The notes under the pieces are model-generated. The model searched no databases. It was given only the letters and a program-made list of their open reading frames with translations, and had not been told where the DNA came from. Below are positions 1 to 10,671 of a stretch of DNA of 64,000 nucleotides, one piece after another. The position numbers and the translations under genes were made by a program. Location of the stretch: positions 62,110 to 126,109 of the forward strand of contig CAVXEB010000007.1 of NCBI GenBank assembly GCA_963760735.1, read 5' to 3'. The DNA is from an uncultured Chloroflexia bacterium (GTDB lineage: Bacteria; Chloroflexota; Limnocylindria; Limnocylindrales; CSP1-4). Each line of letters starts with the position of its first letter. Position 1 is the stretch's first letter.

Positions 1-333
1 GAACATCGCCCGGTCGCCCCACCGGCCGAGGAACAGGTGGCCGAAGATGTTGACCCCGGCGTCGGCGAGATCGCGCGACAGCCGGGCCATGCCACCGGGC
101 CGGTCGTCGACCTCGGTCAGGATCGATTCGCCCTCGATGAATCGGTAGCCGCCCGCCTCGAGAACGGCACGGGCGCCGTCGTCGTCGGCAGTGGTCATGA
201 TGATGTGCCCGGAGTCGCCGATCCCGCCGCCGCCGATCGCCCGCAGGTCGATGTCGCGGGCCGCGAGCGACTCGGCGAGGACGGCGAGCGCCCCGGGTTC
301 GTTCTTCAGCTCCACGACGAACTGGTTGGCCAT
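1..333 (-). CDS. ACT domain-containing protein (C-terminus cut by window edge)
   Basis: Own minus-strand translation from ATG at 333..331: MANQFVVELKNEPGALAVLAESLAARDIDLRAIGGGG..., open to position 1. ACT-like beta strand followed by xxPGxL helix. Not in the ORF track because there is no stop in the window; track ORF 37..357(+) is its antisense shadow. Confidence 0.6.
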   Translation of the reverse strand, partial: MANQFVVELKNEPGALAVLAESLAARDIDLRAIGGGGIGDSGHIIMTTADDDGARAVLEAGGYRFIEGESILTEVDDRPGGMARLSRDLADAGVNIFGHLFLGRWGDRAMF

Positions 334-412
334 TCGGGACCTCCGGAGACGGGGTGACCGACGGATTCTAGTCGCTCGCCGGCGCCGCCAGCCGGCTGCG
401 AGCCGGCGGGTG

Positions 413-1156
413 TCAGCGCGGCGCCGCCTCGAAGAACCGCAGGAACCGCCGGTGCGACCAGCTCTGCGGGTAGCGGGTGCTGCGGTCCTGCTTGATCGGC
501 TCGATGCCCTGGGCCCGCCACCACCGATCTCGCTCGACCTCCGCGGCCTCCGCACGGCGGAGGATCGCGTCGACCTCGTCGTCCAGACCGAGATGCCGGG
601 TCAGCAGGGCGGCGTACCGGAGGTCGAACGTTCCCGTCGGTCCGGCGTCGTCGAGGAGCCAGTCGCGGATCGCGAGGTCGGAGCACAGCCCTTCGACCGA
701 GGGCACCACCTCGGCGAACGCCGCCGCGAGCCAGTCGGAGGCTGTCGTCCGGCCCAGGACGACTCCGATCTCCTGGTTCGATGGCTGTGGCAGCGTGAGC
801 GGCGGCGGTGGCTCCGACGCGGCGGGGTCGAACCGGATCTGGGCCTGCCAGAGGACCCTCGTGTGTGCGCCGACGAACGCGGGTGGCGGCACCTTCTCGG
901 GATCGAGCTGGTTGACCACCTTCATGAGGTACGCCGACACGGTTCCGGCGTAGAGGCCGGCGACCAGCTGCGGACCCCGTCGGCCCTCGGCGGTCACGAC
1001 GATCTGGCCCCATGCTCCGTCGGCACCGCGGATCGCGAGGTTGTTGCTGCGGACCTGCCAGCCTCGTCCCCGGAACGGCCTGGCCGCGGCGCGCACCATG
1101 GCATAGAGCTCGCTCCGGAGCCCGGCGGTCCCGCCATCCAGCGGCTCGACGACCAC
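413..1156 (-). CDS. Hypothetical protein downstream of glgA
   Basis: Coding-looking tail of track ORF 413..1849(-). Candidate starts are GTG at 1156 (2 nt after the glgA TGA) or ATG at 1099 (MVRAAARPFRGRGWQ...). Ends ...WWRAQGIEPIKQDRSTRYPQSWSHRRFLRFFEAAPR. No family recognised. Confidence 0.5.
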   Translation of the reverse strand: MVVEPLDGGTAGLRSELYAMVRAAARPFRGRGWQVRSNNLAIRGADGAWGQIVVTAEGRRGPQLVAGLYAGTVSAYLMKVVNQLDPEKVPPPAFVGAHTRVLWQAQIRFDPAASEPPPPLTLPQPSNQEIGVVLGRTTASDWLAAAFAEVVPSVEGLCSDLAIRDWLLDDAGPTGTFDLRYAALLTRHLGLDDEVDAILRRAEAAEVERDRWWRAQGIEPIKQDRSTRYPQSWSHRRFLRFFEAAPR

Positions 1157-1158
1157 GC

Positions 1159-2640
1159 TCAGGCTCGGCGGATCCGGACCGCTCGCTCGTACAGGTCTGC
1201 ATACCGCGGGGCCGAGCCGCGGTCCCAGTCGAAGTCGACCGCCATCCCGCGGGCGATCAGCGCGTCCCACCGCCGCCCGCCCCGGGCCCGCATCGCGATC
1301 GCCGTCTCGCACGCCTCCGCCAGGGCGTCGGGCGTCGCCTCGTCGAACGAGAACCCGGTCCCCTTCCCCGGGTGTGTCGGCTCGTCGATCACCGTGTCGG
1401 CGAGCCCACCGGTCCGCCGGACGACCGGTGGCGTCCCGTACCGGAGCGAGATCATCTGGCCGGTCCCGCACGGCTCGAACCGCGAGGGCATGAGGAAGAA
1501 GTCCGCACCGGCGTAGATCCGGCGGGCCATCGCCCGGTCGAACCGCTCGACGAGCGCGACCCGGTCGGGCCGGGCGGCGACGAGCGCTCGGAGCGTCGCC
1601 GCGATCGCCGGGTCGCCGGAGCCCTGGACGACGATCCGGGCGCCGCCGGCCAGGAGCCGCGGCGCGGCGTCGGCGAGCAGATCGAAGCCCTTCTGCGGAT
1701 CGAGCCTGCCGATCATCCCGAGCACCGCACCGTCGTCGGCTGGATCGAAGCCGAGGCGCGTCAGGAGGTCCGCGCGACACACGGCCCGGCCGGCGAGGTC
1801 GGCGGCCGAGAAGCTCGCCGCCAGGTCCGGGTCCGTCGCCGGGTCCCACAGCACGGTGTCGAGGCCGTTCGTGATCCCGACGAACCGGTCGCCCTTCGCC
1901 CGGAGCGCGTCGTCGAGACCGAACCCGCCGGATGACGTCAGCGCCTCGCGCGCGAAGCCCGGGCTGACGGTGTTCGCGACCTCCGAGCGGACGATCGCCT
2001 CGCGCAGGAGGTCGACGCCGTGGGCATCCTCGGCGACGACGCCGCCGCCCGGTACCAGGCCGAGCTGGCGGAGCACGGCCCGGTCGGTCCAGCCGTGGTA
2101 GGCGAGGTTGTGGAGGCTCGCGACCATCGCCGCGCGCCCGACGACCGGGTCGTCAGCCAGCCAGGCGTCGCGCTGGATCGCGGCCGGACCGCCGTGCCAG
2201 TCGTGGACGTGGATGACGTCGACGGGACGATCGCCCTCCGACCGCAGCGTCTCGAGGGCGGCGCGGCAGAGCAGTCCGAACCGCCAGGCGTTGTCGGCGA
2301 AGTCGCCGCCTGTCGGTGGGCCGTACAGCCCGTCCCGGTCGAACGCGGCTGGATGATCCACGAGGCGGAGCCGGTAGCCGTTGGCCTCGACGTCGACGAT
2401 CCGCAGCTCGGTCGTGCCGTCGGTGGCGACCGGGTCCGGGACGCGGACACGCCGCCCTGCCGCGGTCCCGTCCGGCACCGCGACGCTCCGATAGCGGGGC
2501 AGGAAGACGTCGACGGGGGCGTCGATCGCGTCGCGGAGCCGGCCGAGGCTCCGGGCCAGCGCGTCGACGACATCGCCGAGGCCGCCGGTCTTGGCCCACG
2601 GCTCGCACTCGGCGGCGATCATCGCGACGCGCAGCGGCAT
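1159..2640 (-). CDS. glgA: Glycogen (starch) synthase, GT5
   Basis: 493-aa track ORF. N-terminus MPLRVAMIAAECEPWAKTGGLGDVV carries the KTGGL motif. Typical length. Confidence 0.93.
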   Translation of the reverse strand: MPLRVAMIAAECEPWAKTGGLGDVVDALARSLGRLRDAIDAPVDVFLPRYRSVAVPDGTAAGRRVRVPDPVATDGTTELRIVDVEANGYRLRLVDHPAAFDRDGLYGPPTGGDFADNAWRFGLLCRAALETLRSEGDRPVDVIHVHDWHGGPAAIQRDAWLADDPVVGRAAMVASLHNLAYHGWTDRAVLRQLGLVPGGGVVAEDAHGVDLLREAIVRSEVANTVSPGFAREALTSSGGFGLDDALRAKGDRFVGITNGLDTVLWDPATDPDLAASFSAADLAGRAVCRADLLTRLGFDPADDGAVLGMIGRLDPQKGFDLLADAAPRLLAGGARIVVQGSGDPAIAATLRALVAARPDRVALVERFDRAMARRIYAGADFFLMPSRFEPCGTGQMISLRYGTPPVVRRTGGLADTVIDEPTHPGKGTGFSFDEATPDALAEACETAIAMRARGGRRWDALIARGMAVDFDWDRGSAPRYADLYERAVRIRRA

Positions 2641-2697
2641 CGGGTCATCCTAGACGGCACCCGCGGCCGCCGTTGCGGCCGGCGGAGCGTCCGGCGT

Positions 2698-2710
2698 CTA
2701 AACCGGTTCA
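2698..2710. promoter_or_regulatory. Candidate LacI-type operator (AAACCGGTT palindrome) in the glgA/glgP divergent spacer
   Basis: ctAAACCGGTTca. The perfect 8-bp palindrome AACCGGTT lies about 30 nt upstream of the glgP ATG and 60 nt from the glgA start. The same core recurs at 13142, 13221 and 13235 beside the LacI-family gene. Confidence 0.35.
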
Positions 2711-2741
2711 GCGCGCGGCGCAGCCGCTATCATGCGACCTC

Positions 2742-4970
2742 ATGCCGTCGCGCATCCAGATCCCGACGCTGCCGGGCTCGTCCTTCCGCCTCCCGCCGCA
2801 GCTCGAGGGCCTCCGTCCGCTCGCCTACAACCTGTACTGGGCATGGCATCCCCGCGCCCGCTCCATCTGGAGCCGGATCGACCGCGCGGCGTGGACCCGC
2901 CACCGCCAGCCGATCCCGGTGCTGAGCGGGCCGGTCGACTGGTCCCGGCTCCTCGACGACACGAGCTTCCTCGCCGAGGTCCGGGCCGTCCTGAGGGACT
3001 TCGACCGCTACATGTCGAATGGCGCCGACCGCTGGTTCGCCCGTCACCACGCGGGCTCCCTGCCCGGACCCGTCGCCTACTTCTGCGCGGAGTACGGGCT
3101 GACGGAGGCGCTGGGCATCTACTCGGGCGGGCTCGGCGTCCTCGCCGGCGACCACATGAAGACCACGTCCGACATGGCCCTCCCGTTCGTCGGGGTCGGC
3201 CTCCTGTATCGCCACGGCTACTTCCACCAGACAATCGACGCCGACGGCCACCAGGAGCACCAATACCCGGACTACGACATGCGGACCTGGCCCATCGGAC
3301 GGGTCCAGGGTCGCGACGGCGAGCCACTGATGGTCACCGTCGCCCTCCCCGACCACGACCTCCAGGTCGCGGTCTGGAGCGTCCAGGTCGGGCGGACGCC
3401 GGTTCTCCTGCTCGACACCGACATCCCCGAGAACGACGAGGCCGACCGCCCGATCACGAACATCCTCTATGTCCGGGGCCGGGAGATGAGGCTCCACCAG
3501 GAGCTCGTCCTCGGCATCGGCGGGGTCCGCGTCCTGCGCGCCCTCGGGATCGAGCCGGCGGTCTGGCACCTCAACGAAGGCCACTCCGCGTTCCTTCTCG
3601 CGGAGCGGGCACGCGAGTTCGTCGCAGCGGGCGACGAGCTCGACGCGGCGTGGGACAAGATCCGGCTCGACACCGTGTTCACGATCCATACGCCGGTGTC
3701 CGCGGGGAACGAGCGGTTCGCCGCCGACCTCGTGCGGCGAGTCGCCGGTCCGCTCCTCGAGGGCGACGGCCGGCCGCAGACCGGCGGCGTGCCGATCGAC
3801 GCGGTCCTCGGCCTCGGCGTCGGGCCCGAGGGCGACCACTCCGTGTTCGACATGACCGGCTTCTCGCTCCGGCTGACGCACGACGCGAACGCGGTGAGCC
3901 AGCTCCACGCCAAGACGGCCGACGCGACCTGGAAGGACATCTCGCCGCACTCGATCCGGGGCGTCACGAACGGGATCCACGTCCCCTCGTGGATGGGCAA
4001 CGCGGTCGGCGACACCCTCGCCCACGAGCTCGACGCGAACCTCGATGATCTCGACGAAGAGGGCGAGGTCGGGGCGTTCTGGGAGCGGCTCGCCGAGGTT
4101 CCGACCGCGGAGCTGTGGGAGACGCACCAGCGGGAGAAGCTGGAGCTCGCGATCTTCGCCCGGCGCCGGTTGCGGGTCCAGTTCGCCCGCCACGGCGAGG
4201 CGCCCACCGTCCTCGACGACCTCGAGACCGCGCTCGATCCCGACATCCTGACGATCGGCTTCGCGCGCCGCTTCGCGACGTACAAGCGAGCCGGGCTGCT
4301 GTTCAGCGACCTCGATCGGCTCAGCCGGATCCTGTGGGACGCCGACCGCCCGGTCCAGATCGTCTACGCCGGCAAGGCCCACCCGGCCGACCGGCCAGGC
4401 CAGCAGGTCATCCAGGAGATCTTCGCCCGGTCGCGCTCGGAGAAGCTCCGCGGTCGTGTCTTCATCCTCGAGGACTACGACATGCGGATCGCGCGCTACC
4501 TCGTCTCCGGCGTCGACGTCTGGCTGAACAACCCGCGCCGGCCGCTCGAGGCATCGGGAACCAGCGGGATGAAGGCGGGCGTCAACGGCGTCGTCAACGT
4601 CAGCGTCCTCGACGGCTGGTGGGACGAGGGCTGGATCGGCGACAACGGCTGGGCCATCGGCGGACGCGAGTCGAGCGAGGACGAGGGCGCGCAGGACTGG
4701 TCCGACGTCCAGGACCTGTACCGGCTCCTCGAGGAGGAGATCGTCCCGCGCTACTACGAGCGCGACGCCAACGGCGTGCCGACGGCCTGGGTCGACCTCA
4801 TGCGGCGGTCGATGGCGTCGACGCTGTGGCGGTTCTCCACGACACGGATGCTCCACGACTACGTCGAACAGATGTACGTCCCGGCCGCCGCGGCCGCGCG
4901 AGCGACGGCCGGCGTCGACGAGGACGAGACCCCGAGCGCCGGGTCGATCGCGGCCGTCCAGGGCGGCTGA
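2742..4970 (+). CDS. glgP: Alpha-glucan (glycogen/maltodextrin) phosphorylase, GT35
   Basis: In-frame ATG at 2742 inside track ORF 2316..4970; the upstream part is Arg-rich and non-coding-like. MPSRIQIPTLPGSSFRLPPQLEGLRPLAYNLYWAWHP matches the N-terminus of the alpha-glucan phosphorylase family. EASGTSGMKAGVNG is the PLP-lysine motif. Confidence 0.9.
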   Translation: MPSRIQIPTLPGSSFRLPPQLEGLRPLAYNLYWAWHPRARSIWSRIDRAAWTRHRQPIPVLSGPVDWSRLLDDTSFLAEVRAVLRDFDRYMSNGADRWFARHHAGSLPGPVAYFCAEYGLTEALGIYSGGLGVLAGDHMKTTSDMALPFVGVGLLYRHGYFHQTIDADGHQEHQYPDYDMRTWPIGRVQGRDGEPLMVTVALPDHDLQVAVWSVQVGRTPVLLLDTDIPENDEADRPITNILYVRGREMRLHQELVLGIGGVRVLRALGIEPAVWHLNEGHSAFLLAERAREFVAAGDELDAAWDKIRLDTVFTIHTPVSAGNERFAADLVRRVAGPLLEGDGRPQTGGVPIDAVLGLGVGPEGDHSVFDMTGFSLRLTHDANAVSQLHAKTADATWKDISPHSIRGVTNGIHVPSWMGNAVGDTLAHELDANLDDLDEEGEVGAFWERLAEVPTAELWETHQREKLELAIFARRRLRVQFARHGEAPTVLDDLETALDPDILTIGFARRFATYKRAGLLFSDLDRLSRILWDADRPVQIVYAGKAHPADRPGQQVIQEIFARSRSEKLRGRVFILEDYDMRIARYLVSGVDVWLNNPRRPLEASGTSGMKAGVNGVVNVSVLDGWWDEGWIGDNGWAIGGRESSEDEGAQDWSDVQDLYRLLEEEIVPRYYERDANGVPTAWVDLMRRSMASTLWRFSTTRMLHDYVEQMYVPAAAAARATAGVDEDETPSAGSIAAVQGG

Positions 4971-4979
4971 CGATTCCCC

Positions 4980-4995
4980 GCCCGCCTTCGCGGGC
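4980..4995. terminator. Short GC hairpin between convergent glgP and GH13 genes
   Basis: gcccgc-cttc-gcgggc (6-bp stem, 4-nt loop) in the 25-nt gap between stops at 4970 and 4996. No U-tract, so this is a weak call. Confidence 0.3.
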
Positions 4996-6471
4996 TCAGA
5001 CCAGGACGAGCGCCGACTGCGGGGGCAGCTCGATGGTGTTGCCCTCGACGACACGCCCCGAGGGCAACACCGGGAGCGGCAACGGGGTGAGGCCCGCGAC
5101 GAGCTCGTGCGCGACCTCCAGCCGCACCGGCGTCCGTGCGGCGTTGACGGCGATCAGCGCCCGTTCGCCGTCCGACTCGCGCAGGATCGCGACCGCCCGG
5201 CCATCCGCCGCGACCGGGCGGGCCGTCCCGCGCCGCAGCGCCCGGTGCGCGTGGCGGGCGTGCACGGTAGCGCGAACGAACGCCCGGTGGGCGAGGGCCG
5301 CCTCGTCCGGCAGCTGCGGATAGGCCCGCCGGCAGTCGGGATCCGGACCGCCCTCCAGGGCAAGCTCGTCGCCGTAGTAGATCGAGGGCGCACCGGGCAG
5401 GGTCAGGAGCAGGAGCATCGCCAGCCGGAGCGCGGCGACGTCGCCGGCCAGAACGGTCCGGGCCCGCGGCGTGTCGTGGCTGCCGACGAGGTTGTACTGG
5501 GCCTCGAGGACGGCCGGGTCGAACGCGCCGAGGACCTCGCCGAGGCGGGCCGCGAAAGCCGGGCCATCGAGCTCGCGGAGGAAGAGCGCGTAGTCGGACT
5601 GGCCGGCGATGGCCGCCTGATCGAGCGTGCCGCCGCTCGCGAAGCCGAGGATCGAGACGCCCAGCGGGTAGTTCATCAGGGCGTCGAATCGATCGCCCAG
5701 CAGCCAGTCGGGCGCCTCGATCCAGATCTCGCCGACGAGGTACGCCTCCGGGTTCACCGCCCGGACCCGCCTGCGGAACTCGGGCCAGAAGGTCGGATCG
5801 CCGATGTCCGCGGGAACGTCAAGCCGCCAGCCGTCGATCCCGAACCGGAGCCAGTGCTCCGCAACTCCGAAGAGAAACTCGCGCGCCGGCGGATGCTCGA
5901 CCCGGATCTTCGGCAGAGCGGGCACGTTCCACCAGCTCCGGTAGCCGAGGGTCGTCGGGTCGGCGTCGCCGCGTTTCCGATACGGGTCGATCGGCCGGTC
6001 GCCCGCGAGGACGTCCGGCTCGAGGTAGAACCAGTCCCGATAGGGCGATTGGAGCCCGTTCTCCAGGACGTGCTGGAACGGCCAGAACCCGCGGCCGGCG
6101 TGGTTGAACACGCCGTCGAGGACGATCCGCATCCCACGCGCGTGGACCGCGTCGACGAGCGTCCGGAGCGCCGCCTCGCCGCCCAGCAGCGGATCGATCG
6201 CGAAGTAGTCGAAGGCGTTGTAGCGGTGGTTCGACGCCGCGCTGAAGATCGGTGTCAGGTAGAGCCCACCAACGCCGAGATCGACGAAGTCGTCGAGTCG
6301 GTCGACGACCCCGTACAGGTCGCCGCCCTTGAAGCCATGGTGCGACGGCGGCGCATCCCAGTCCTCGAGGGGACCCGGCGCGGGGACGCGGCCGCTCCGC
6401 GCCATCCGGTCCGGGAAGACCTGGTAGAAGACGGTGTCGGCGACCCAGCCCGGGATGTCGATCGCCGGCAT
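4996..6471 (-). CDS. GH13 alpha-amylase family enzyme (neopullulanase/maltodextrin glucosidase-like, cytoplasmic)
   Basis: Start MPAIDIPGWVADTVFYQVFPDRM at ATG 6471, overlapping the upstream stop as TGATG. GH13 regions: DGVFNH, GWRLDVPAD, VGEIW, VGSHD. Single uninterrupted frame of 491 aa. Confidence 0.88.
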   Translation of the reverse strand: MPAIDIPGWVADTVFYQVFPDRMARSGRVPAPGPLEDWDAPPSHHGFKGGDLYGVVDRLDDFVDLGVGGLYLTPIFSAASNHRYNAFDYFAIDPLLGGEAALRTLVDAVHARGMRIVLDGVFNHAGRGFWPFQHVLENGLQSPYRDWFYLEPDVLAGDRPIDPYRKRGDADPTTLGYRSWWNVPALPKIRVEHPPAREFLFGVAEHWLRFGIDGWRLDVPADIGDPTFWPEFRRRVRAVNPEAYLVGEIWIEAPDWLLGDRFDALMNYPLGVSILGFASGGTLDQAAIAGQSDYALFLRELDGPAFAARLGEVLGAFDPAVLEAQYNLVGSHDTPRARTVLAGDVAALRLAMLLLLTLPGAPSIYYGDELALEGGPDPDCRRAYPQLPDEAALAHRAFVRATVHARHAHRALRRGTARPVAADGRAVAILRESDGERALIAVNAARTPVRLEVAHELVAGLTPLPLPVLPSGRVVEGNTIELPPQSALVLV

Positions 6472-8454
6472 CAGCGCCCCAACCCGATGACGACGGTCGA
6501 GCGGGCGGGGATCGACGCGACGGGCCGGTATCCCGTGAAGCCACCCGTCGCCGTCACCGTCGGCGCGGCCACGCCGTCGCCGCCACCGAGGATCGCGGTG
6601 GCCGACGGCGAGCCGCACAGCGGCCCCGAGGCAAGTGACAGCGCGGGCGTCGCCGGCGCGGCCGCCACGTTCGTCAGGACGAGCGCCGTCTCGAGCGGGC
6701 TCCACCGCAGCGCCGCGACGACGCCGGGAGCGTCGCTGGCGACCCGGTTCCAGGTCCCGCTCGACAGCGCCGGATGCTCGGTTCGTGCCTGGACGAGCGT
6801 CCGGTAGCGCGAGAGGAGCGAATTCGGATCGCCAGCCTCGTCGGCGACGTTGACCGTCGGCGGGTCGTCGGACAGCGGCTCCCACGGGGCGTGGGTGCTG
6901 AACCCGGCGGCCGGTTGCGAGGCGTCCCAGCGCATCGGCGTCCGGATCCGCTCGTCGGGCTTGGTGCCGGTCATGCCGATCTCCTCTCCGTAGTAGATGA
7001 ACGGAACGCCGGGCCCGGTCAGGAGCAGGTCGGCGGCGACCCCGAGCCGGGCCGGGTCGGACCCGAGCTGGCTGGCGACCCGATCCATGTCGTGGTTGGA
7101 CAGGAACGCCCCGAACCCGCTCGACGCCGGATAGAGCTTCGTCACGTTCTCGAGCAGCCGGCCGACCGTCCCGGCGTCGCCGGACTGGGCTGCGCCGACG
7201 TAGCCGGTGTCGAGGGCGAAGTCGAAGGTCATGTCGAGGTCGTCCGGGACGTAGCTCGCGCTCGTCTTCGGCAGGTCCCAGACCTCGCCGAGGAGCAGGG
7301 CGCCCGGCGCCCGCGCCTCGATCGCGGACCGGAATGACCGCCACCACGCGTGGGTCTCCGGGGTGTTCTCGGTCGTCGCGCCGTCCTCGATCAGGTACTT
7401 CGCGGCGTCGAGCCGGAACCCGTCGATGCCGACATCGGTCAGCCAGAACGAGGCGTCGTCGGTGACCTCGGACGTGACCGCGGGGTTCGCGAGGTTGAGG
7501 TCCGGCAGATCCGGCCCGAACTCCGCGTAGTAGTAGCGGCTGCCATCCGCCTGCCAGGCCGCTGCCCTGGGGCGTGTCCGACCAGACATACCAGTCGGCG
7601 TACGGGCCCTTGCCCGTCCGCGACCCGACGAACCACGGGTGCTCGTCGGACGTGTGGTTGAGGGGCAGGTCGAGGATCACGCCGATCCCCCGTGCGTGCG
7701 CCGCCGCCACGAGCGCCCGCAGGTCGTTGAGGGAGCCGTAGTCCGGGTTGACCGAGCGGTCGTCGGTGATGTCGTAGCCGTGGTACGAGGGCAGAGGGGA
7801 ACGTCGGCATCAGCCACAGCCCGCCGACCCCCAGGTCGTCGTGTGTCGCCGGGTCGCCGTCGTTCAGGGTGTCGAGCTTCGCGGTCAGCCCGCGCAGGTC
7901 GCCGACGCCGTCGCCGTCGCGTCCGCGAAGCTCCGGACGAACGCCTCGTAGAAGACCGATCGCGCCACCAGCCAGGCTGGCCGAGGCCTGCGGGTGATGG
8001 CGCGGAGGCAGCTCGTGGCCTGCTGCGCACGAGGTGCTCGTCGACGCGGAAGGCGCCAGCGCGGAGGGCGCCCCCGGCGTCGGGGCGGGGGCGGCCCGCA
8101 GCCGCCAGCGACCGCAGATCGGCGCGGCAACCGCGACGGTCTGCCCGAGCCGCCGGATCAGCGCTGGTGCTTCTCCACGTCGGGCGTGACGCGGACGACC
8201 TCGACGGCCGGCGCATCGGCCGTCTCGATCGTCGAGTCCGTCGGGCTTGCCACGGCCGGGGATGACGTCGCAGTTCCACTCGAGGCGAGCTGTGAGGGCT
8301 GGTCCCAGTCCCGGATGCCGGTGACCATGCCGATGAGCATCGAGCCCCGGGCGGTGTCGACGGTCCAGTCGAGCGCCGTCAGCGCCGCACCGAAGGCCGC
8401 CAGGGCGAGGACGACGAGCGCGCGGAGCGCCGCCGGGAAGAACGGAAACGCCAT
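6471..8454 (-). pseudogene. Secreted GH13 alpha-amylase, disrupted by >=5 frameshifts in its 5' half
   Basis: N-terminal signal/[27 protein letters not shown] (track ORF 8158..8454). GH13 core is spread over three frames: GWWRD | [12 protein letters not shown] | [38 protein letters not shown] | [46 protein letters not shown]...[10 protein letters not shown] | [14 protein letters not shown]...GFRLDAAKY...LGEVW...LSNHDMDR. The last 1.1 kb (track ORF 6471..7589) is a single frame. Confidence 0.75.
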
Positions 8455-8558
8455 CGGTTTGTGCTCGATCCCGGCTCCATGACACGACCAAGCGACCGGT
8501 CACGCCGGGACGCTCCAAGTTCGCCCCAGGGCCCGTGGTCGAGTGCCAGTGGCCCGAA

Positions 8559-9529
8559 TCAGCCCTTGACGCCGCCGATCGCGAGCCCGCCGACGATGTA
8601 CCTCTGGAAGAAGAAGAACACGACCGACACCGGCAGCGCGAACAGGATCGAGAAGGCCGCGAAGTCCGACCACGGCGTCTGCCCGAACGCGCCGACCATC
8701 TTGTTCAGCGCGAGCGAGAGGGTGAATCCCTGGCTCGGATCGTTCAGGAAGATCGAGACGAAGTAGAACTCGGTCCAGCCGGCCACGAAACCCAGGAACG
8801 CCGGTGACGGCCAGGGCCGGCGTGGCCAGCGGCAGCACGATCCGGAAGAACGACTGGTTGCGGTTGCGCCATCGACCGTCGCCGCCTCCTCGAGCTCCTT
8901 GGGGATCGTGTCGAGGTAGCCCTTGAGGTTCCAGATCGCGAACGGCAGCGCCCCGGAGACGACCGCCAGCGCCGACCCCGAGCAGCGACGTCCGGAGGTT
9001 GACATGGCCGACGATCGGAAGATCGAGCTTGATGCTGTTGAGCATGATGAACAGCGGCGCGATCGTCGCCACGGCCGGCAGCATCAGGACGCCGAGGATG
9101 GCGATCATGAGCACCTCGCGGCCCGCGAAAGTGCAGCCGCGAGAACGCATAGGCTGCGCAGGACGCCGATCCCGACCGAGAACAGGGCGACGCTCGAGGC
9201 GAGCAGGAAGCTGTTCCGTGCCAGCTCGAGCAGGCTGATATCGTCGCTCGTCGGCTGGGCGAGGACCCGGGCGAATGCGTCGAGCGAGGCGCCCGGCGGG
9301 ATCAGGCTGTCCGGCCGCGAGATGTTCCGCGGGTCGAGCGCCAGCGAGAAGATCCACAGGATCGGGAAGAGGACGGTCGAACGTGATCCCCAGGCAGAGG
9401 AGCTGGAGCATGATCTGCTTGCGGGTGCTCAGGCGGCCCCACGCGGCGAGCGGCGTCGGAGCCGAGACCCGCGGCGCGACTGGTGCCAGTGGCGGTACCG
9501 CGGATGATCTCCGTCGGTGCTCGGGCCAT
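8559..9529 (-). pseudogene. Sugar ABC transporter permease (MalG-like), ~7 frameshifts
   Basis: Start MARAPTEIIRG at 9529, 5 nt after the upstream stop. Fragments in alternating frames: LSTRKQIMLQLLCLGITF | TVLFPILWIFSLALDPRNISRPD... | AAYAFSRLHF | AGREVLMIAILGVLMLPAVATIAPLFIML... | ALAVVSGALPFAIWNLKGYLDTIPKELEEAATVDGA | RNQSFFRIVLPLATPALAVT | AFLGFVAGWTEFYF...[18 protein letters not shown]. Confidence 0.75.
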
Positions 9530-9533
9530 CGTG

Positions 9534-10534
9534 CTAGTCCGCATAGCTGGCGGTGGCCTTGGCCAGCCGGTTGGTGACGAGGGTGATCACCAGCAGGAGC
9601 AAGAACAGCAGCATCGAGAACGCGGCCGCGATCCCGTAGAGCTGGAAGTCGTTGACCAGCTTGTAGGCCTCGGTGACGAACAGCTCCGTCCGGCCGAACG
9701 GCCCGCCGCCCGACATGAAGTAGGAGAGGTAGAACAGGTTGAACGTGACCACGAAGCCGTAGATCGCGTAGGGCAGCATCGCCGGTCGGAGGAACGGCAG
9801 GGTCACGACGCGGAACTGCTGCCAGGCAGTTGGCGCCGTCCATCTCGGCCGCCTCGTAGAGGTCCGGCGGCACGCTCTGGAGGGCACCGGTCGCGACGAC
9901 CGCGTTGAGCGGCCAGCCGAGCCAGAGTTCGCGGCCAGCAGCGCGAAGTACGCCAGCGGCAGGGATGAACGAGATCGGGTCGTCGACCTGGCCGAGCCAG
10001 TCGATCTTGAAGGCGTCGGCGGGATCTTGAACAGCGACGCCGATCGCCCGCGAGGATCATGTTGACGGCGCCGTTGTCCGTCGAACATGTTCCGCCAGAC
10101 CGTCGCGACGATGATCGGCGGGATGACGACCGGGAGGATGAAGATCGCCCGGTAGATCCGCTTGAAGCTGAGCCCGTCGATGTTCAGGAGCAGGGCGACC
10201 GCCACGCCGATGACGACGTGGATGACGACATTCGAGAACGCCCAGAAGAGGTTGAAGACGAGGAGCCGAAGGAAGTCGAAGTTCGGGATGTACGAGCTTG
10301 CTCTGGAGGATCTGCGCGTAGTTGTCCAGCCCGACGAAGTGCGGGCGGGAGTTCCCGCGGAGGTTCTTCAGCTGGAAATCGGTGAACGACATCCAGATCT
10401 GGAACAGCAGCGGGTAGAACGTGATGATTGCCATCACGAGGAGTGCCGGCAGCAGGAAGAGCAAGGCGGTCCGCGCGTCGGGCGAGAACCCGGCGCGCGC
10501 GACGCTGCGGCATCGGGATCGCAGGAGCGGTCAT
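9534..10534 (-). pseudogene. Sugar ABC transporter permease (MalF-like), ~7 frameshifts
   Basis: ATG 10534 preceded by caGGAGGcagcggag. Fragments: MTAPAIPMPQ | VARAGFSPDARTALLFLLPALLVMAIITFYPLLFQIWMSFTDFQLKN...QILQSKL | IPNFDFLRLLVFNLFWAFSNVVIHVVIGVAVALLLNIDGLSFKRIYRAIFILPVVIPPIIVATVWRNMFD | DNGAVNMILAG | IGVAVQDPADAFKIDWLGQVDDPISFIP | LPLAYFALLAAN | LWLGWPLNAVVATGALQSVPPDLYEAAEMDGAN | WQQFRVVTLPFLRPAML...NRLAKATASYAD. Confidence 0.75.
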
Positions 10535-10630
10535 CTCCGCTGCCTCCTGGTACCGGTTCAGACGACATGAAGACGGTACGCGCCCGGGTGCCAATGGTAC
10601 GAGCGCCCGGCAGGGCGTGAGGAGCGCCGT

Positions 10631-10657
10631 CCGGGCGCCGGCGCAACCGGCGCCCGG
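10631..10657 (-). terminator. Strong intercistronic hairpin after the SBP gene
   Basis: ccgggcgccgg-cgcaa-ccggcgcccgg (11-bp perfect GC stem, 5-nt loop), 15 nt downstream of the SBP stop (10672) and upstream of the MalF-like start. No U-tract, so it is more likely an attenuator or mRNA-stabilising hairpin. Confidence 0.45.
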
Positions 10658-10671
10658 CACGAGCGGTTCCG

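Noticed and set aside
2730-5054. Very long antisense or out-of-frame ORFs: 2730..5054(-), 19186..20994(-), 21148..23148(-), 26515..29310(-), 44822..47104(+), 57431..59812(-), 191..1516(+), 15555..17591(-) and many shorter ones
   Set aside because: They are typical shadows of real genes in very GC-rich DNA. The translations are Arg/Pro/Gly/Ala-rich low-complexity text without family motifs, and each overlaps a gene with clear motifs on the other strand or frame.
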